In this document: positions 1-12,431 of the stretch, one piece after another | How the letters are laid out: each line of letters starts with the position of its first letter | Position numbering within the stretch: the stretch's first letter is position 1 | NCBI GenBank assembly: GCA_002104905.1 | Contig: MCFE01000414.1 | Coordinates: 1 to 64,000, forward strand | Length of the DNA: 64,000 nt | From: Basidiobolus meristosporus CBS 931.73 | Lineage: Eukaryota; Fungi; Basidiobolomycota | Direction: 5' to 3' | The notes under the pieces: model-generated | Told to the model about the DNA's origin: nothing | Databases searched by the model: none | Seen by the model: only the letters and a program-made list of their open reading frames with translations | Position numbers and translations under genes: made by a program

Positions 1-466
1 TTCTAGAGAGTACTGACCAAATTCCTTGTCAGGATTTACTTAGAATATTTTCACCAAAAAACCAGGTACAGTGGAGCAAGATAGTAACATACATTTATAT
101 GACATGTTACAAGCCACAGTAGCTAGATTCAGAGTGCCATGGGTATTGAGTACAGGATAGATATCTTCAGTTCTTCTGTGCTCTTACACATCCTGCACAG
201 CATTAATACCAAAAAAAGGTCCAAAAATGCATTTTCTCTACAACAATGGGTGAGACACAAGGGCTGCCATTCATGCAGATGACATGCTATGCTCCACACT
301 CTATGGCCAAGTATAAGCCCATTTGGCATCTCTGGTGCACTATGGCTTCATTTGGCACTCATGGCTCAACATGGCTCTATCCAATGGAACAAGTCTATAA
401 AGTGAGAACCACACAATTAACGTGTTCTCCCAAATCACTTCTGATATCCCCCAGACTTTTTCAACA
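1..466 (+). repeat. Copia LTR fragments (1-68 and 398-466) interrupted by a non-autonomous repeat (69-397)
   Basis: 1-68 and 398-466 are reverse complements of parts of the 33511-33919 LTR. 69-397 aligns with ~34333-34659 and shares TGGCAC-rich motifs with a short insert at ~36630-36770. Confidence 0.75.
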
Positions 467-2749
467 TGTATGGTCTTATATCAGCATTGTGATGGCATTT
501 TGCCGACTACACTGAAAAATAGAGTCAAAAACATGACTGTGTTTGAGCAGTCTTTTGACAGTAATTGTATGGTATTATTATGGTCTTAATGTGCTCTATA
601 TCTATTTAAGCATACCTAGCTGGTTAATACATCAATTGCCTTATATGGCAAAAAATTTGACAGTGTTCTGATGGCCTCATAGAAAACCTCTGTGGGTATA
701 GTAACTGTGATAAATAGATATATTACAGCAGTGTAGAAGCTTGGCTAGGCAGGACTAGGAAATGACTTGAGTGTGGATTAACAAGGCAAAGCTGTTTGTT
801 CACAATCTGTGTTTAGCAGATTGAGGAATACATATGGGGGGATTGGACTCTACGTTTCTTTTGGCCATATGGATACCAAGTGATATTAGCTGAAATTGAT
901 GGGGTTCTGAGATGAGGCACAGTAAGTATGCCAAGATAGAAATATACTTCAGAACAGACCAGTATATCAACTGGGAGTATAATGGGGTCAGCTGATCATG
1001 TTACAAACTCCTGTGACATGCATTTACCACACATGGTCTGGAAATACATAAATTTCAATGGGAAGCTTCCATAAGGGAACATTGTGTAACATTAATTTGG
1101 AGCTTTCAGGAAGTAGCTAGAGTGCTATAGAACCTTCTTGTAGGAACTAATATTTTGTATCAAACTTAATTTAGCCTGATTGTTGGAGACCAAGATGTCT
1201 TCAATTGCAGTGACCAAGAAAACCCACCTGAATATTGCAAGAACATGTTGCACAGACTGGCACATGAAGTGCTAGACCTTGCAGTGACTGCTGAAGACCA
1301 GGATGTATGGGAAGTAGTGAATGAACAGTGGCATATAGCTGTAATGTTCCTGTTAAATTCAAGGATAAAGAGCATTACAGCAGAAATACATATTGAATGG
1401 TGCATTTTAATGGAGTTAGCTGTTAAGTGCAGGGTTGGGCTTAGTGTTGGTGGAGTATGCAGGGACTTACATTGGTCACAGTAATTGGCAAATGAGGAGC
1501 AACAGAAGTTTCTATGGAAATAAATCAATCTGTACATATTAAAAGTAAGAGCAATGGCTGATTTAGAAAGTAAGGAGTGTGAAAAGTGGCAATAGCCAAT
1601 CCATGTACACAAATGTAGGAGGTAATTGAATATGAGGGACCACAAATTGAGAGAATTGGCAGAACACCAATCAAAAACCTCTTTTGTATTCTTGTGGGGA
1701 AACTTTTTGACTTGGCATTTGTAAGTTCTTGCATGCATTATTTTTCAGTGGTCTTTGCACAGTGTCCTGACTGGATTGATACCTCTTGGTCATGGGACTT
1801 TGATTTTGTGATAGTCATTTTATGGGGGTAGGCAACTATTTCTCATAGATCCTTATATATCTTATATTGTCACAAATCAACATCCAAAATTTGCCTTGGC
1901 TCTAAAGGATAGCGTTCCCATGAGCCTTCACATACCTAAGCTCACAATAGTCAGTTTCTTTGTGGCATTTTTTGCCCTCTGCACTCCTGCAACACTGCCT
2001 GGCTTGTATTTCATATTGATATCACCTGCAAACACTCAATTTGAGCTGAGTTGTGTAACTTAGGCCCACAAGAAGTTGCTTTTTTTGCTGTTGGTTAATT
2101 GTCTGTTCTTTAATGTGCCTTGACCTTCTGTACACATATCCCAGTGAGTTTCATCAGTTTCTGTGGTGTTGACATTCTCTGGCAAAATGATCTTGCATTA
2201 TAGCTTGCATGTACAGTGAGCTCTAAGTTGCAATGTTAATTTTGCTCATTATTGCACAATGTTAAGCAGTTGAGCTTAGTAAAAACAAACTTTGGCACCT
2301 GAATAGTTCATGAGCAGACTGTTACAAAAATATTGCACATCAAATTCTAGAAAATTCTTGGTCAAAACATTCACTAATACAGTCACAAGTAGTTATTGAT
2401 TGGTTCTCTGCCAGTACTCTCACTCTCTGATCCTGGACACTCTACCACCTCCTATGTATGTGTCTATTGATATGCTAAGGCCCCTTTTCTATACTCCTTG
2501 CCTCCTGAAGAAACATATGCTCTTACATTTCATGCATTCATATTGGTATATTTCTGTCAAATCATCAGTTTTAACTAGATTGCCTATTTTACTGGCCATT
2601 AAAAGTTCCTCTATCAAACACTAACATTAAGCCCAATTACACACTCACAAAGTAACTCAATTAAAGTACACCACTGAGTGTGCATTTTGATCAAAACACC
2701 CTTTTCCATGACTTTGGCAGGAACCTTACAGCTCTACTATGACCAATAG

Positions 2750-5250
2750 CTTGCATTTTCTAGTTCAATCAGTTCTCTGTGAAGTCAAATAGTTTTATGC
2801 TTAGCCTTTCAGTATTTCAGCATTAACTTTGAAATCAGTAGTATTAGTCAGCAGATGAATCAGCAGATCCTTATAGCCAGATATAGATACATCAAGTGAG
2901 ATCCAATTGGGTGATGATGATGCAATTAAGTGAGTCATCAGCAACAATCTACATTAGGAGATAGAAAAGTTAGTAATTAATCAGGCAAAAATGTATATAA
3001 AGAGCTGCTGGAACCTCAATTAAGATCAGTTCAAGTTTTAGTTAGAACAATACTACCTAAACTCCCTAATCCTGTACAACTTTTATATCAAGGTATTAAT
3101 GCTAAGCCCCTTCATGAACAACAACCATTCAACTACTATTATTATATCTGGACAAGTTTCATTTTTCCAAAACACCTCTGAGATTCCAACATCTTTACCA
3201 TTAGAGAACTTCCTATGGAATAGATGTGTGGTGAAATAGCAAGGTGGGTTAAGCTGCAGATGTTACAAGTCTTCATATAAGAGTTATAGCAGAATATGGT
3301 TTTTGGATAGTTTTTTGTTCACTAAAACTTGAAATGATTGTTGATGAGGCTCCAGCAACTCCTTAGTATGGTAGTACCTGCAACATGACTTGTATTCCTA
3401 TCTCCCCACACATCCACTTCATGGGAAACTCCTAAAAGGTGAAGCAAGGCCCAATATTCTCCACACACTGTACAAGATAAAGTAGAGAATGGATACAGTG
3501 GCAGCAAAGATCCTCACATTCAGCTTTATGTTTGAAGTATAGCCACTCAAATTCTGCCACAAATCCCTTGCACACCAGCTGTAGATGCGTCAAGTTGGCA
3601 TTGGTGATCTGCGTCTGTATAAATCCTCCTATAATGTCCACATATGACTCCCAATACTTCCAATGTATTCTTGGTAGGAATGGCTTCTGAACACCACTTG
3701 AATAAACACATATCCAGTTTATACAGTCTCTGCATTTGCATTGTTGCATATGTGTATGAATATTGATTGGAGCCAGTTAGAAATACTTAGGGTAGCAGAT
3801 ACTCTTTAATATCTTACCAATTCTTTCAAATTTCTCTGGTATTTCAAAGGGCTCATTTTTCTTGAAATTCACCAGATATAACTTAGTCATAAATATAGGG
3901 ATATTATTGAAAAGCAAATGCATTGCTCCTAGTGAAAGCTTTTGCTCCAACCAATACCCTCTGTCTTAAGTGTTTCCAGTTTCCAATTAGTTCCATATTC
4001 TGGCCAATGGCTTATAGGTTGCCAACTTTGCTGCAATAGCATGCTGACTTCTTTACATTCTCTCTGTAGGAAGATGATGTTTTTAATGCTGGTGCTTGGG
4101 TAATAAGAATGCGTGCAAGTTATGGAGTGAATCCCCTGGATCTCACACATTCAACAGCAATACCATCCATTGTGCCCAGAAAAAATTGCTCTCTTGCTGA
4201 TGGCTGGGGTATTTCTGATGCTGAAAATAATATGTGCATTTACATGACAGCCATTTACCATTATCCTGCTGGAAAGCATGCAAAACCCATCCAGCAATGG
4301 ATACAGGTAACTATCCAGGTTGGATGGTGATTTAGGCTCAGATACCAGTAAGACTACCATCAGATTATTGCTCTGATACTGTAAGATGTGTGGCAGATTT
4401 GGATTGATCAGAATCAGTGGCCAGCAGGATTTGCTGGTAGAGTACTTGTTTAATGAGAATCCATCAAGTGCTAAGGCAAAGGCATCGTCAGAGAAACCTT
4501 CAAAGTAACCCTTGCTTCTTAGCTGTTTGTAATGTTTGCCATTTAATATATTGTATATTTTTGTGCTTGACTGATGCTGAGTGCAGTACTGTATAGCCTT
4601 TCAATGTTTGTTGGACTGCACTAGCTTCCTCAGATGGGGTATTACAAGAATATATCCAGAGTGTGAATAATGCTTTCCCTCAATGGTGGTGGATTCTGAC
4701 AACTTGAGCACATTGCAATGGTAGCATTTTCAAATGTGAATGCTATGCAACTGTGAACACATGCTCAAATCAGGACAGTCTCTGGATCATATGCTGCTAG
4801 CTGCATGAAGGTTGTCCACTTGTACTATGTACATGGTATGTTGCATCCTGGAATATTTTGGCAAGAAGTAGCAATAAATCCTTAAAGCCCCCATTACCAA
4901 TAATGGTGGAAATGCACCACTTCTCTAGCCACAGCATTACATAATTCACCAGTAGATGAATTACTGGACTCACTTGGCTCCATATAGTATCCTTGGCCCC
5001 TGTTTCTATGTGTGTTGTCTCATTGCATATTGGGACTTGACTGGGCTCATACATGGTACTATTGTTAGGGGAGATAGGCTCACAATCCATCAGTGAACCT
5101 TCTTTGTGAGAGCTATCACTCTGTGAGCCATATTCAGAAGGCTGAGGTGAGCCTAAAGGCATCACAAACTCACCTGACTCAGTTTGTGTAAAGTAACAAG
5201 GATGGCCAAGTGCTAACATAAAAGTATCAACTGGCTGGCAAGATAATGTT
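2750..5250 (-). mobile_element. Decayed CACTA/EnSpm transposase (Transposase_21/Tnp2 type) pseudogene
   Basis: Minus-strand fragments: *ACVHSCIAFTFENATIAMCSSCQNP (YDxCxxxC motif, ~4660-4790); IYNILNGKHYKQLRSKGYF..FALALDGFSL..SCWPLILINPNLP..VSEPKSPSNLDSYLYPLLD..FSGHNGWYCC*MC (4130-4560); FVAEFEWLY..CIHSLLYL..IGP (3430-3600). Many stops and frameshifts. Confidence 0.85.
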
Positions 5251-5646
5251 GGTACAGTAGTGACTGATGCATGGTCAAATATGACTTGTGTGGCAAAACA
5301 CTGGCCTTGATCCTTGTAATACTTCCTATGCTGTCTATATGCTTCATAGCAGAGAGGCTTGCTACAATAGCCACATGGTCTTTTTTCTCTTCTCTTACAG
5401 CATTGAGTACAGTAATCTTGTCAATGGGGTAAACAATTTGACTTTCAACATTGTAGTGCTATTATATCACTTTTGGTCAATACTCATGTGAATTTAAAGT
5501 AGTCTTGTATTTGAGACATTGCACCTACATGAATGTATGATTCAATGATGACCCACCATAGTAAGCATTATAGATAAAGTTGTGGAACCACATACATACC
5601 TATATGTAACAGTATTTTCCCTTTGGTTTAACTCACTTCCATATAT

Positions 5647-8600
5647 ATGCTGCTAAAAGATAAAGCAAAGTTGTCAGGTTCCCAACCAAACCCTACTACT
5701 GATGGCAACAGAAGAACAGTTGGACAACAGCTTGCTTTGACATTTAGTGCAACAAGCAGGGTTACATCCAAAAAAGGCCATGTTTACAGTTTGCCCACTG
5801 AAGGTAATAATGCAGACTCCTCAGGCTCTTGGTCAAGTAGGCAATTGAGAACCTTGGTGGAGCCACCAGCAGACTGTTATGCTCAGGCAGATGAGAATTT
5901 AGCAAACACAGTACCCTCAATTGAAGACCAGCAAGTGGCCATCATAATATCACCACCACCAGTGTTTGCAAGTATGTTATCAGTTTATACCAAAGCATTA
6001 ATGAAGCAATTAGGTGCAGTGGATGATAGGGTAGATTCAATGGCCCAGAGAAGTCAGGAAATAGTCCAGAAACAGAATGAGCAGATCAAATGTGTAAAGC
6101 AATCAACATCCCTAGTAGAGAAAGCATTATCTTTGCTGCAAAGAAGGAACTCAAGTAGGGTAATGTCATAGCCAAGAATTGAGCCATTTCCCAATATAAC
6201 AGCAGAGGAACACCATACAGTTTTTGAAGCACACCAAGAGTGCCCAAAGCTGAAGCCACAGAAAAACCTATCACAGCATGGGAGGGAGACAATGTGGTGT
6301 TTATACCAAAGCCTAAAAGTCAAAAGACATTGAAGATCTGTGAAGCAACTGAATGCATTAACAAAGAGTAGGCTAATATTCAAGAGGCTGTCAGAAGTCC
6401 AGCACATCATCACCTTAAGGCTGGTAAACCATAGGACCATCAGGACTCAAGGCCAAGAAGAATGCACTTGACTTGTTCCATGGGCATTATGTGGGTTATT
6501 ACTGACTGTACTTGGTGAGTGGGAGAGCTAGTAGGTCAAGTCAGTACCACTTGGTTCAGAATAGCTTCCAATAGAAGGTAGCAAGGTGACAAAGATTTGT
6601 GCTTATTTCTGTCCAAATCTTCCTGTCCTCTCCCTTGGTCAAATTGGATAAATATATATATATCACTTGGGGGGCTTAGATAATAGACAATGTGTTATAA
6701 AATAGGGGTGTGAACACCTTCCTGTTATGGTAAGTGTACTAACTATGTAAGAGCAGGGATAGGAAGGAGGACACACGGGGGAAAATATTAGGGAGGATAC
6801 TGGGGGACTTTGGGCAGGACTCTGGGGAGAACTCTTGGGCAAAGAGTGGGCACTACACTTAGTACTCACATATCCCAGGGGTTAAGAGGGAGCTTTGTCC
6901 TCAAAGTTCTTTGACTAACTGGCTTCTTGAGGGTTGATTTTGTTTACAGAGCATGGGGATTCACCATAGTACCATTGCTGGTTGTCACTTGTGAGGGGGT
7001 TGCAGGCAAGTACCTGATATCATTTGGTGGCAGAGTAGGGTGCAGCTTGCATTGCTTGAGGGTGTTTTCCACAGAGCCCTATCCCAGACTCAAACAGGTA
7101 AATGAATTCTGAGCCAGCATTGGTATACTAAGAAAGTATCTTAAGCATTGCAGAAACTATCAAAGGCAGAAGAGCAAGGGTCCATGGCTAGAAACCAGCA
7201 GCTTCCTCAAGAGCCTGTGACAAGCAGGGCTGAAAGCTCCAGACTAGTGTCAAAGAGATGTCAGGTAGCTGGAAGAGCACCAATTAGGGACAAGCAGGCA
7301 GAAAAGGATACACCAGCACAACATTTAGCAAGTAATAAGCATAGTACCACTCAACAGGCACTCACTCAAAGTAGCAGTGAAGGACCAGGCAGTGATAAAA
7401 ACAGCGGCTTTACAGGAGCCTGTCACATCTATGTTTGAGAGCTCAAAACAAGCAGAAAAGAAACATCAGGTTGCCAGAATACTGGCAGCAAGGGACAAGC
7501 AAGCTGGAACAGATGCATCAGAGCAGAATTTATCAAGGAGAAACTGTAGTTCAATACAAGAAGCACTCAGACAAAGTAGCAGTGAAAGACCTGGCAGTAA
7601 TAAAGGAAAAGGTAAGGGAAAAATGTCTACTCAAGCCTGGGACAAGGAGGCATGCAAAAAAAATTGCCATTCTTGCCAATTAACACTGCTAGCCTAGAAC
7701 AGACTGAATCCCATCATAGCCAAGAAGAATTACCAATAAGAAAGCAGCTGTTTTCACCAGAGTTGGAAGCACAGTCAGTTGAGCTACACTCCAGCAAGGT
7801 AGATGCGTTTGCAGAAAAAGGTAATTTGTCTACCACAGCCTCCCCATCCTCTATTGTTGACAGAGTGGAGATCCCACTGACACACAAGGCTACAATGTCA
7901 AGAGCTTGAAAGACTATCACAATGCCTTCAGTGGAATTTTGCAATATTAATAGGCACACCAAGAGGTTGTAGCACTTCTTCAAGGGCAGTGCTCAAGAAA
8001 ATGCACTTGAATATTGCAAGGATTTATTGCAAAGACTGGCAGATGAGGTGCTAGACCTTGCAGTGCCAGCTGAAGAGCAGGATGCATGGGAACCAGTGAA
8101 AGAACAGTGGCGTAAAGCCATTGGGTTTCTGTCAAAGTCATGGAACCAGAGCACTAGAGCAGAAATACTTATTGAGTGGTGGATTTTAACAGAATTACTT
8201 GTTGAGTGTGGGGTTGAGCTTAATGTTAGTGTAGGGTAAAGGGACTTGTATAGGTTAATACAATTGGCAATTGAAGTACAACAGAAGTTTCAATGGAAAT
8301 AAATCAACTTGTACGCATGAACAGTAAGAGAAACGGTTGAGTCAAGAAGCAAGGAGTGTGAAAAAGAGGCAATAGCCAATCAATGCACACAAACATAGGA
8401 GGTGATAGAGTGTCTGGTATCAGAAAGTGAGCAAATTGGCAGGGAACCAATCAAATGCCACTTATACAATGCTGTGATGAAATATTTGACTAAGTTTTTG
8501 TGAAATCTGGGTGCAATTATTTTTCAACAGTCACTGGATGATGTCCTGACAAAATCAGTACCTCTTAGTCACAGGACTTGAACTTTGTGGTGGCCTTTTG

Positions 8601-8700
8601 ATGGGATCATTATAATAATTTTTCATAGCAATGGTTACAGTACTTTTTTGATCATAACTCCTGAAATACTGCTTCAAATGAGCTCAAATTTGAATCATAA
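5647..8700 (+). pseudogene. Decayed accessory ORF of the CACTA-like element, divergent from the transposase; repeated in the window
   Basis: A long plus-strand frame is recoverable if TAA/TAG/TGA are read as CAA/CAG/CGA (e.g. EYCKDLLQRLADEVLDLAV..WEPVKEQWRKAI). Paralogous pieces occur at ~1166-1900 (+), ~2330-2760 (-), ~8840-9170 (+), ~10100-10300 (+) and ~35930-37260 (+). Assignment to the CACTA element is inferred from adjacency in both copies. Confidence 0.6.
6490..7073 (-). mobile_element. 584-bp insertion with TGTGG...CCACA termini (probable solo LTR or non-autonomous element)
   Basis: Interrupts the accessory ORF; absent from the paralog near 37030 (gagcactatcc). Flanks gggcatta / gagcccta resemble a degenerate duplication of gagcacta. 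A TATATATA tract lies inside. Confidence 0.6.
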
Positions 8701-9199
8701 GTGGGCTACTGAGTGTGCTACCAACATACTATTTTTGAGAGGATTACTTTTATGGTCTTGAGGATTGGTTCTTCAAGTTTTGAAATTCTTGATCTTTCAC
8801 TTGTTCAATAAAATAGCAAAATGTAAAATAAAGAAATAAGTGCAATATTGGTTTTGAGATATTGTAGTATGCAATACTTTCCATTACTGCAGAAGTAATG
8901 ATTGTGAAAAGGGTCAATGGCCAATCAATGTAAACAAACATTGCAAGTGATTGAGTGTCCAGGATCAGAAAGTGAAAAAAGTTGGCAGAGAACCAAATAC
9001 AAGCCACTACATATTGTTGTGATGAGAAACTTTGACCAGGTGGTTTGTGAAAGCCAAGGTGCCTTTTTTAATGGTCTTTGCATGGTGTCCTCATGACATC
9101 AATACCTGTTAATCACAGGACTGAGTTCTGTGATGGCCTTTCATAGGATCATCACCATTGTTTTTCACAAAGAATGAAAATAAGCTATAAGCCTGATCT

Positions 9200-9950
9200 A
9201 AAATTGATGCCACCAGTGGATAGATGTGATGGCTTCTTACATTCAACCTTGAAGTCAGATATATCCCTATGAAGTTGGATGTAGTAGCTGATGCACTCTC
9301 CAGGGAGCAATCACAGATCTATAAAAATCTGATTGCTACCTTGATGGGGAGACTAATGCACAGACATTACAGATTTTCATAAAGAGCTAAAGAGTAAGAT
9401 CTGGACCCTGACTTAACAATACCTAGGGACACTCAAGAAACCTAGCTGTAAAGAGCTTCAAGGATTCCAATTGAGAAAAAAGTTATGCCTGTAATACATG
9501 AGGGAAATCTGTCTATGCAAGCAGGTGAAGCTTGGACATCTACCAAGAGGAATGGTCACCACTTTGCAGGAACAGCTGACAGTTATTACAAGTGTCTTCC
9601 AAAGAGAGCCAGCAGTGTATACAGAGTGAGAGTCACCTACAACACCTCAGCCCAGAGATATTGCTGTGAAAAACTGTTGTATGACACTCAACACTTTGGT
9701 GGTTATGTGTATCCTGATGGGAGAGATCCTTCCAGCATTATGAAGTGCCACAACATCTTAACTATTTAGTGTGGGCTAAGTTGGCAACACCCTTGTGATC
9801 AGAATATCACAATTATGCTTCATTAGGAATGTTGGAAAGTTTGCAGAGGACTAGTAGGAAAGCCTGGCAGGAATTGAAGAACTGACACAGCATAAATCAA
9901 GAAAAAGCAGTACAGTATATGAAGCACCAGGTCAAATTTACCTTAAGAGT
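9200..9950 (+). mobile_element. Ty3/gypsy pol remnant (RNase H end and integrase fragments)
   Basis: HQWIDVMASY/FNLEVRYIPMKLDVVADALSR at ~9215-9310 matches the gypsy RNase H 'RW....Y.PG..N.VADALSR' motif. The downstream sequence is too degraded to frame. Confidence 0.65.
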
Positions 9951-12431
9951 TTTGGCAATGGCTAAGATGGAGGGAAAGAAAACAAAGCTTGGCCAAGCCA
10001 AAGATGGAAAACCACAAGACCAAAGCTACAGTTGTTACCAATTGACTCAGTTGGGTAAGTACTGACTAAATTACACAACAACTAAGCAGAGCTATCAACT
10101 AGGGAGCACTAGCTTTTACAATAGCTTGAGGTGCAGCCAGCTGAACAACATTCCAGTGAAGTGTATAAACTTGCAGAGAGAGGCACACCTTCTACCAAAG
10201 AATCCACATCCTCCATCATAGACAGGGTGTGTGACCCCCTAGTGAGCAAAGCAGTAAGGATACAATAACTAATATCTATCTTGTTGCCTACATAGAATTC
10301 TGGGTACATATATTTATTGCAGTGACAGACAGACAAGGTGCAAGACCTTGTAACACCAGCACAAGTAGTGTTGAGGAACCAATGCATAAGCAATAGTCTA
10401 GCTTATATACCCTAAGCAAAGGACTAAGTATATTCCTGCAAAACACCACCAAAATATCTGTTGAATTCACAGCTTCTCAAAGCTGCCAACTCCCTATGTA
10501 TTAGCCACTAGATGTTGGGCTGACAAGTAGGCATATCTCTCAGGAGGACACTGGGGCAATCTGCATTCATACCAGAGCTGGTCTTTAGCCTCTCTTTACT
10601 TCCTCCAAAACATGCCATTGAAAATTCAAAGGAAAGACACCAGCCAAGAACTCAATGATTTAAGTTTGAAATCTTTCATAGGGATGCTACTGGTTTTGTC
10701 TTCATGATTCAACAATGTAGCATGCTCTATATCCAGTTACTTCCATTAATTTGGAGATAATTAATGAAACATAAATGGTGGGTGCAAATGTAGGCTGGCC
10801 TATAGAATAATACAGCTGCAACACATTAAAAGCATTGTATAACTATGCAGAGTTTATAAGTTAGAAAAGCAGAATCACCCAAATGAGCTCAACTTTCAGT
10901 GGGTGACTCTATGACTTTGTTTTGATGGAAGGAAAAGGCTTTAGTGTAGACTGTCAAGGCAAAGCTGCTGATGCATGACCTGTATTTATCAGACTCAGAG
11001 ATGAAATGGGGTTATGGGAGTATGTACATACACTTCCGCAACACTGGCCCAAAGCCATACTGAATGGGTAATAAAAGTGCTTTGGAGATGCCAAACAGTA
11101 GCTGTTTGTCATGAAGACAAAAGTATCCATTGGAGTCTGCTGGAATCTATCATTGTGTGGAACAGGTTTCTAGAAGAAATCCCCCAGTAATATACCATGA
11201 GGCTTGAGCTTGGCACAGATATTGAGGGCTATCATGACACAATAATGGTTAATCCTGCAAGGAGAAAACTCAAAGGTAATGATGTAGCTGATCTGAATTA
11301 AAACAATTATGTATGGTCCAAATGCTGCCTTACTTCTTCAGCAATCCAAGCTGTACAGTGTCCAGCAGGAAATCATTTCTATATTCATAGATGACATTGC
11401 AAATTGGTCTCATATTTTAGATACAAGCCTCTATGAGTGAATCTGCTGCCTATGTATACATCACACTTACCACCAATCCTGCCCCTTAACATCTACAGAC
11501 TAGATGTAAATCAAGGAAAGCTTACTCAACTATCCCAAGAGAAGGTGTGGCAAAGGAAAGTGATGCTGCCTAGGGACACCTGGAACACCCATTGTTGAGT
11601 AAGAAGCTGTATGAGAGTCTTTGGACCCACTACAGGTGTGGGGCCTTCACTTTAACCACTAATTGGATCCAGAATCCTGTGAGATCCATGTTGGAGCACT
11701 TACAACATCACATCAACAAGATTCCACAGATCGGATATATCAGGGACTGCTGTGAAGCCAGAGGAAGCACATCTCCACATGTATAGCAAGCAACATTGGC
11801 GAATTCTGTATAGGCCAGCTTGATGGTGTACAGCGGAGATGGGATACCTTGAGACCTTGCCTACCAATAAACCTATCCAGCCGTTAGACAAGTGGAGCCT
11901 TGGGATGGCAATATAGTGGGACCCACCAGTGCTGGTGACAAACGAGTGCAATCGAGGTAATTGAAACCTACCACTGTACTCACGAATACGTAGGCTGACC
12001 TGATCCAGCAAATCTCCACCCCCCTCTGCTGGTGGCATATCTTGGAACCAATCACCAGGCCGCACAACATCCATGCTCAGAGCCAAGATTCAAATGGGAA
12101 TGTTTTGACCGGTCACACCATCTATGAGTGTCCAGGTCTTAAATCCATCTCCCCCCTCCCTCAACACCACCGGTGGTGAGTTCTGCCGGGGCACCAAGAC
12201 CGCGCGGTACTACTATATCGAATGGTCAGGTCATCATCAGCGGGAAACGATTGGGTGGCATGCTGTATGTGGAACAGTGGAATTTATTTGTGTGTTGTAA
12301 TGAAGATGGTCGGATGGTGTGAGTCTGGGATTGAGTCTGGGGCTGGGTCTGGATCGGGGACGATGATATCGCATTCCGTATGGAAGGAATGTACACTGCT
12401 ATGGGCACAGCAAGGAAACTGCGAGGGGAAT

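Noticed and set aside
1166-1738. 190-aa minus-strand ORF as a gene
   Set aside because: It is the antisense of the decayed repeat ORF; paralogs conserve the plus-strand frame instead.
11590-12100. Possible LINE 3' end (zf-RVT-like) or ORF 11700-12086
   Set aside because: Only a vague C/H/W pattern across shifting frames; no RT motif; the ORF has no recognisable domain.
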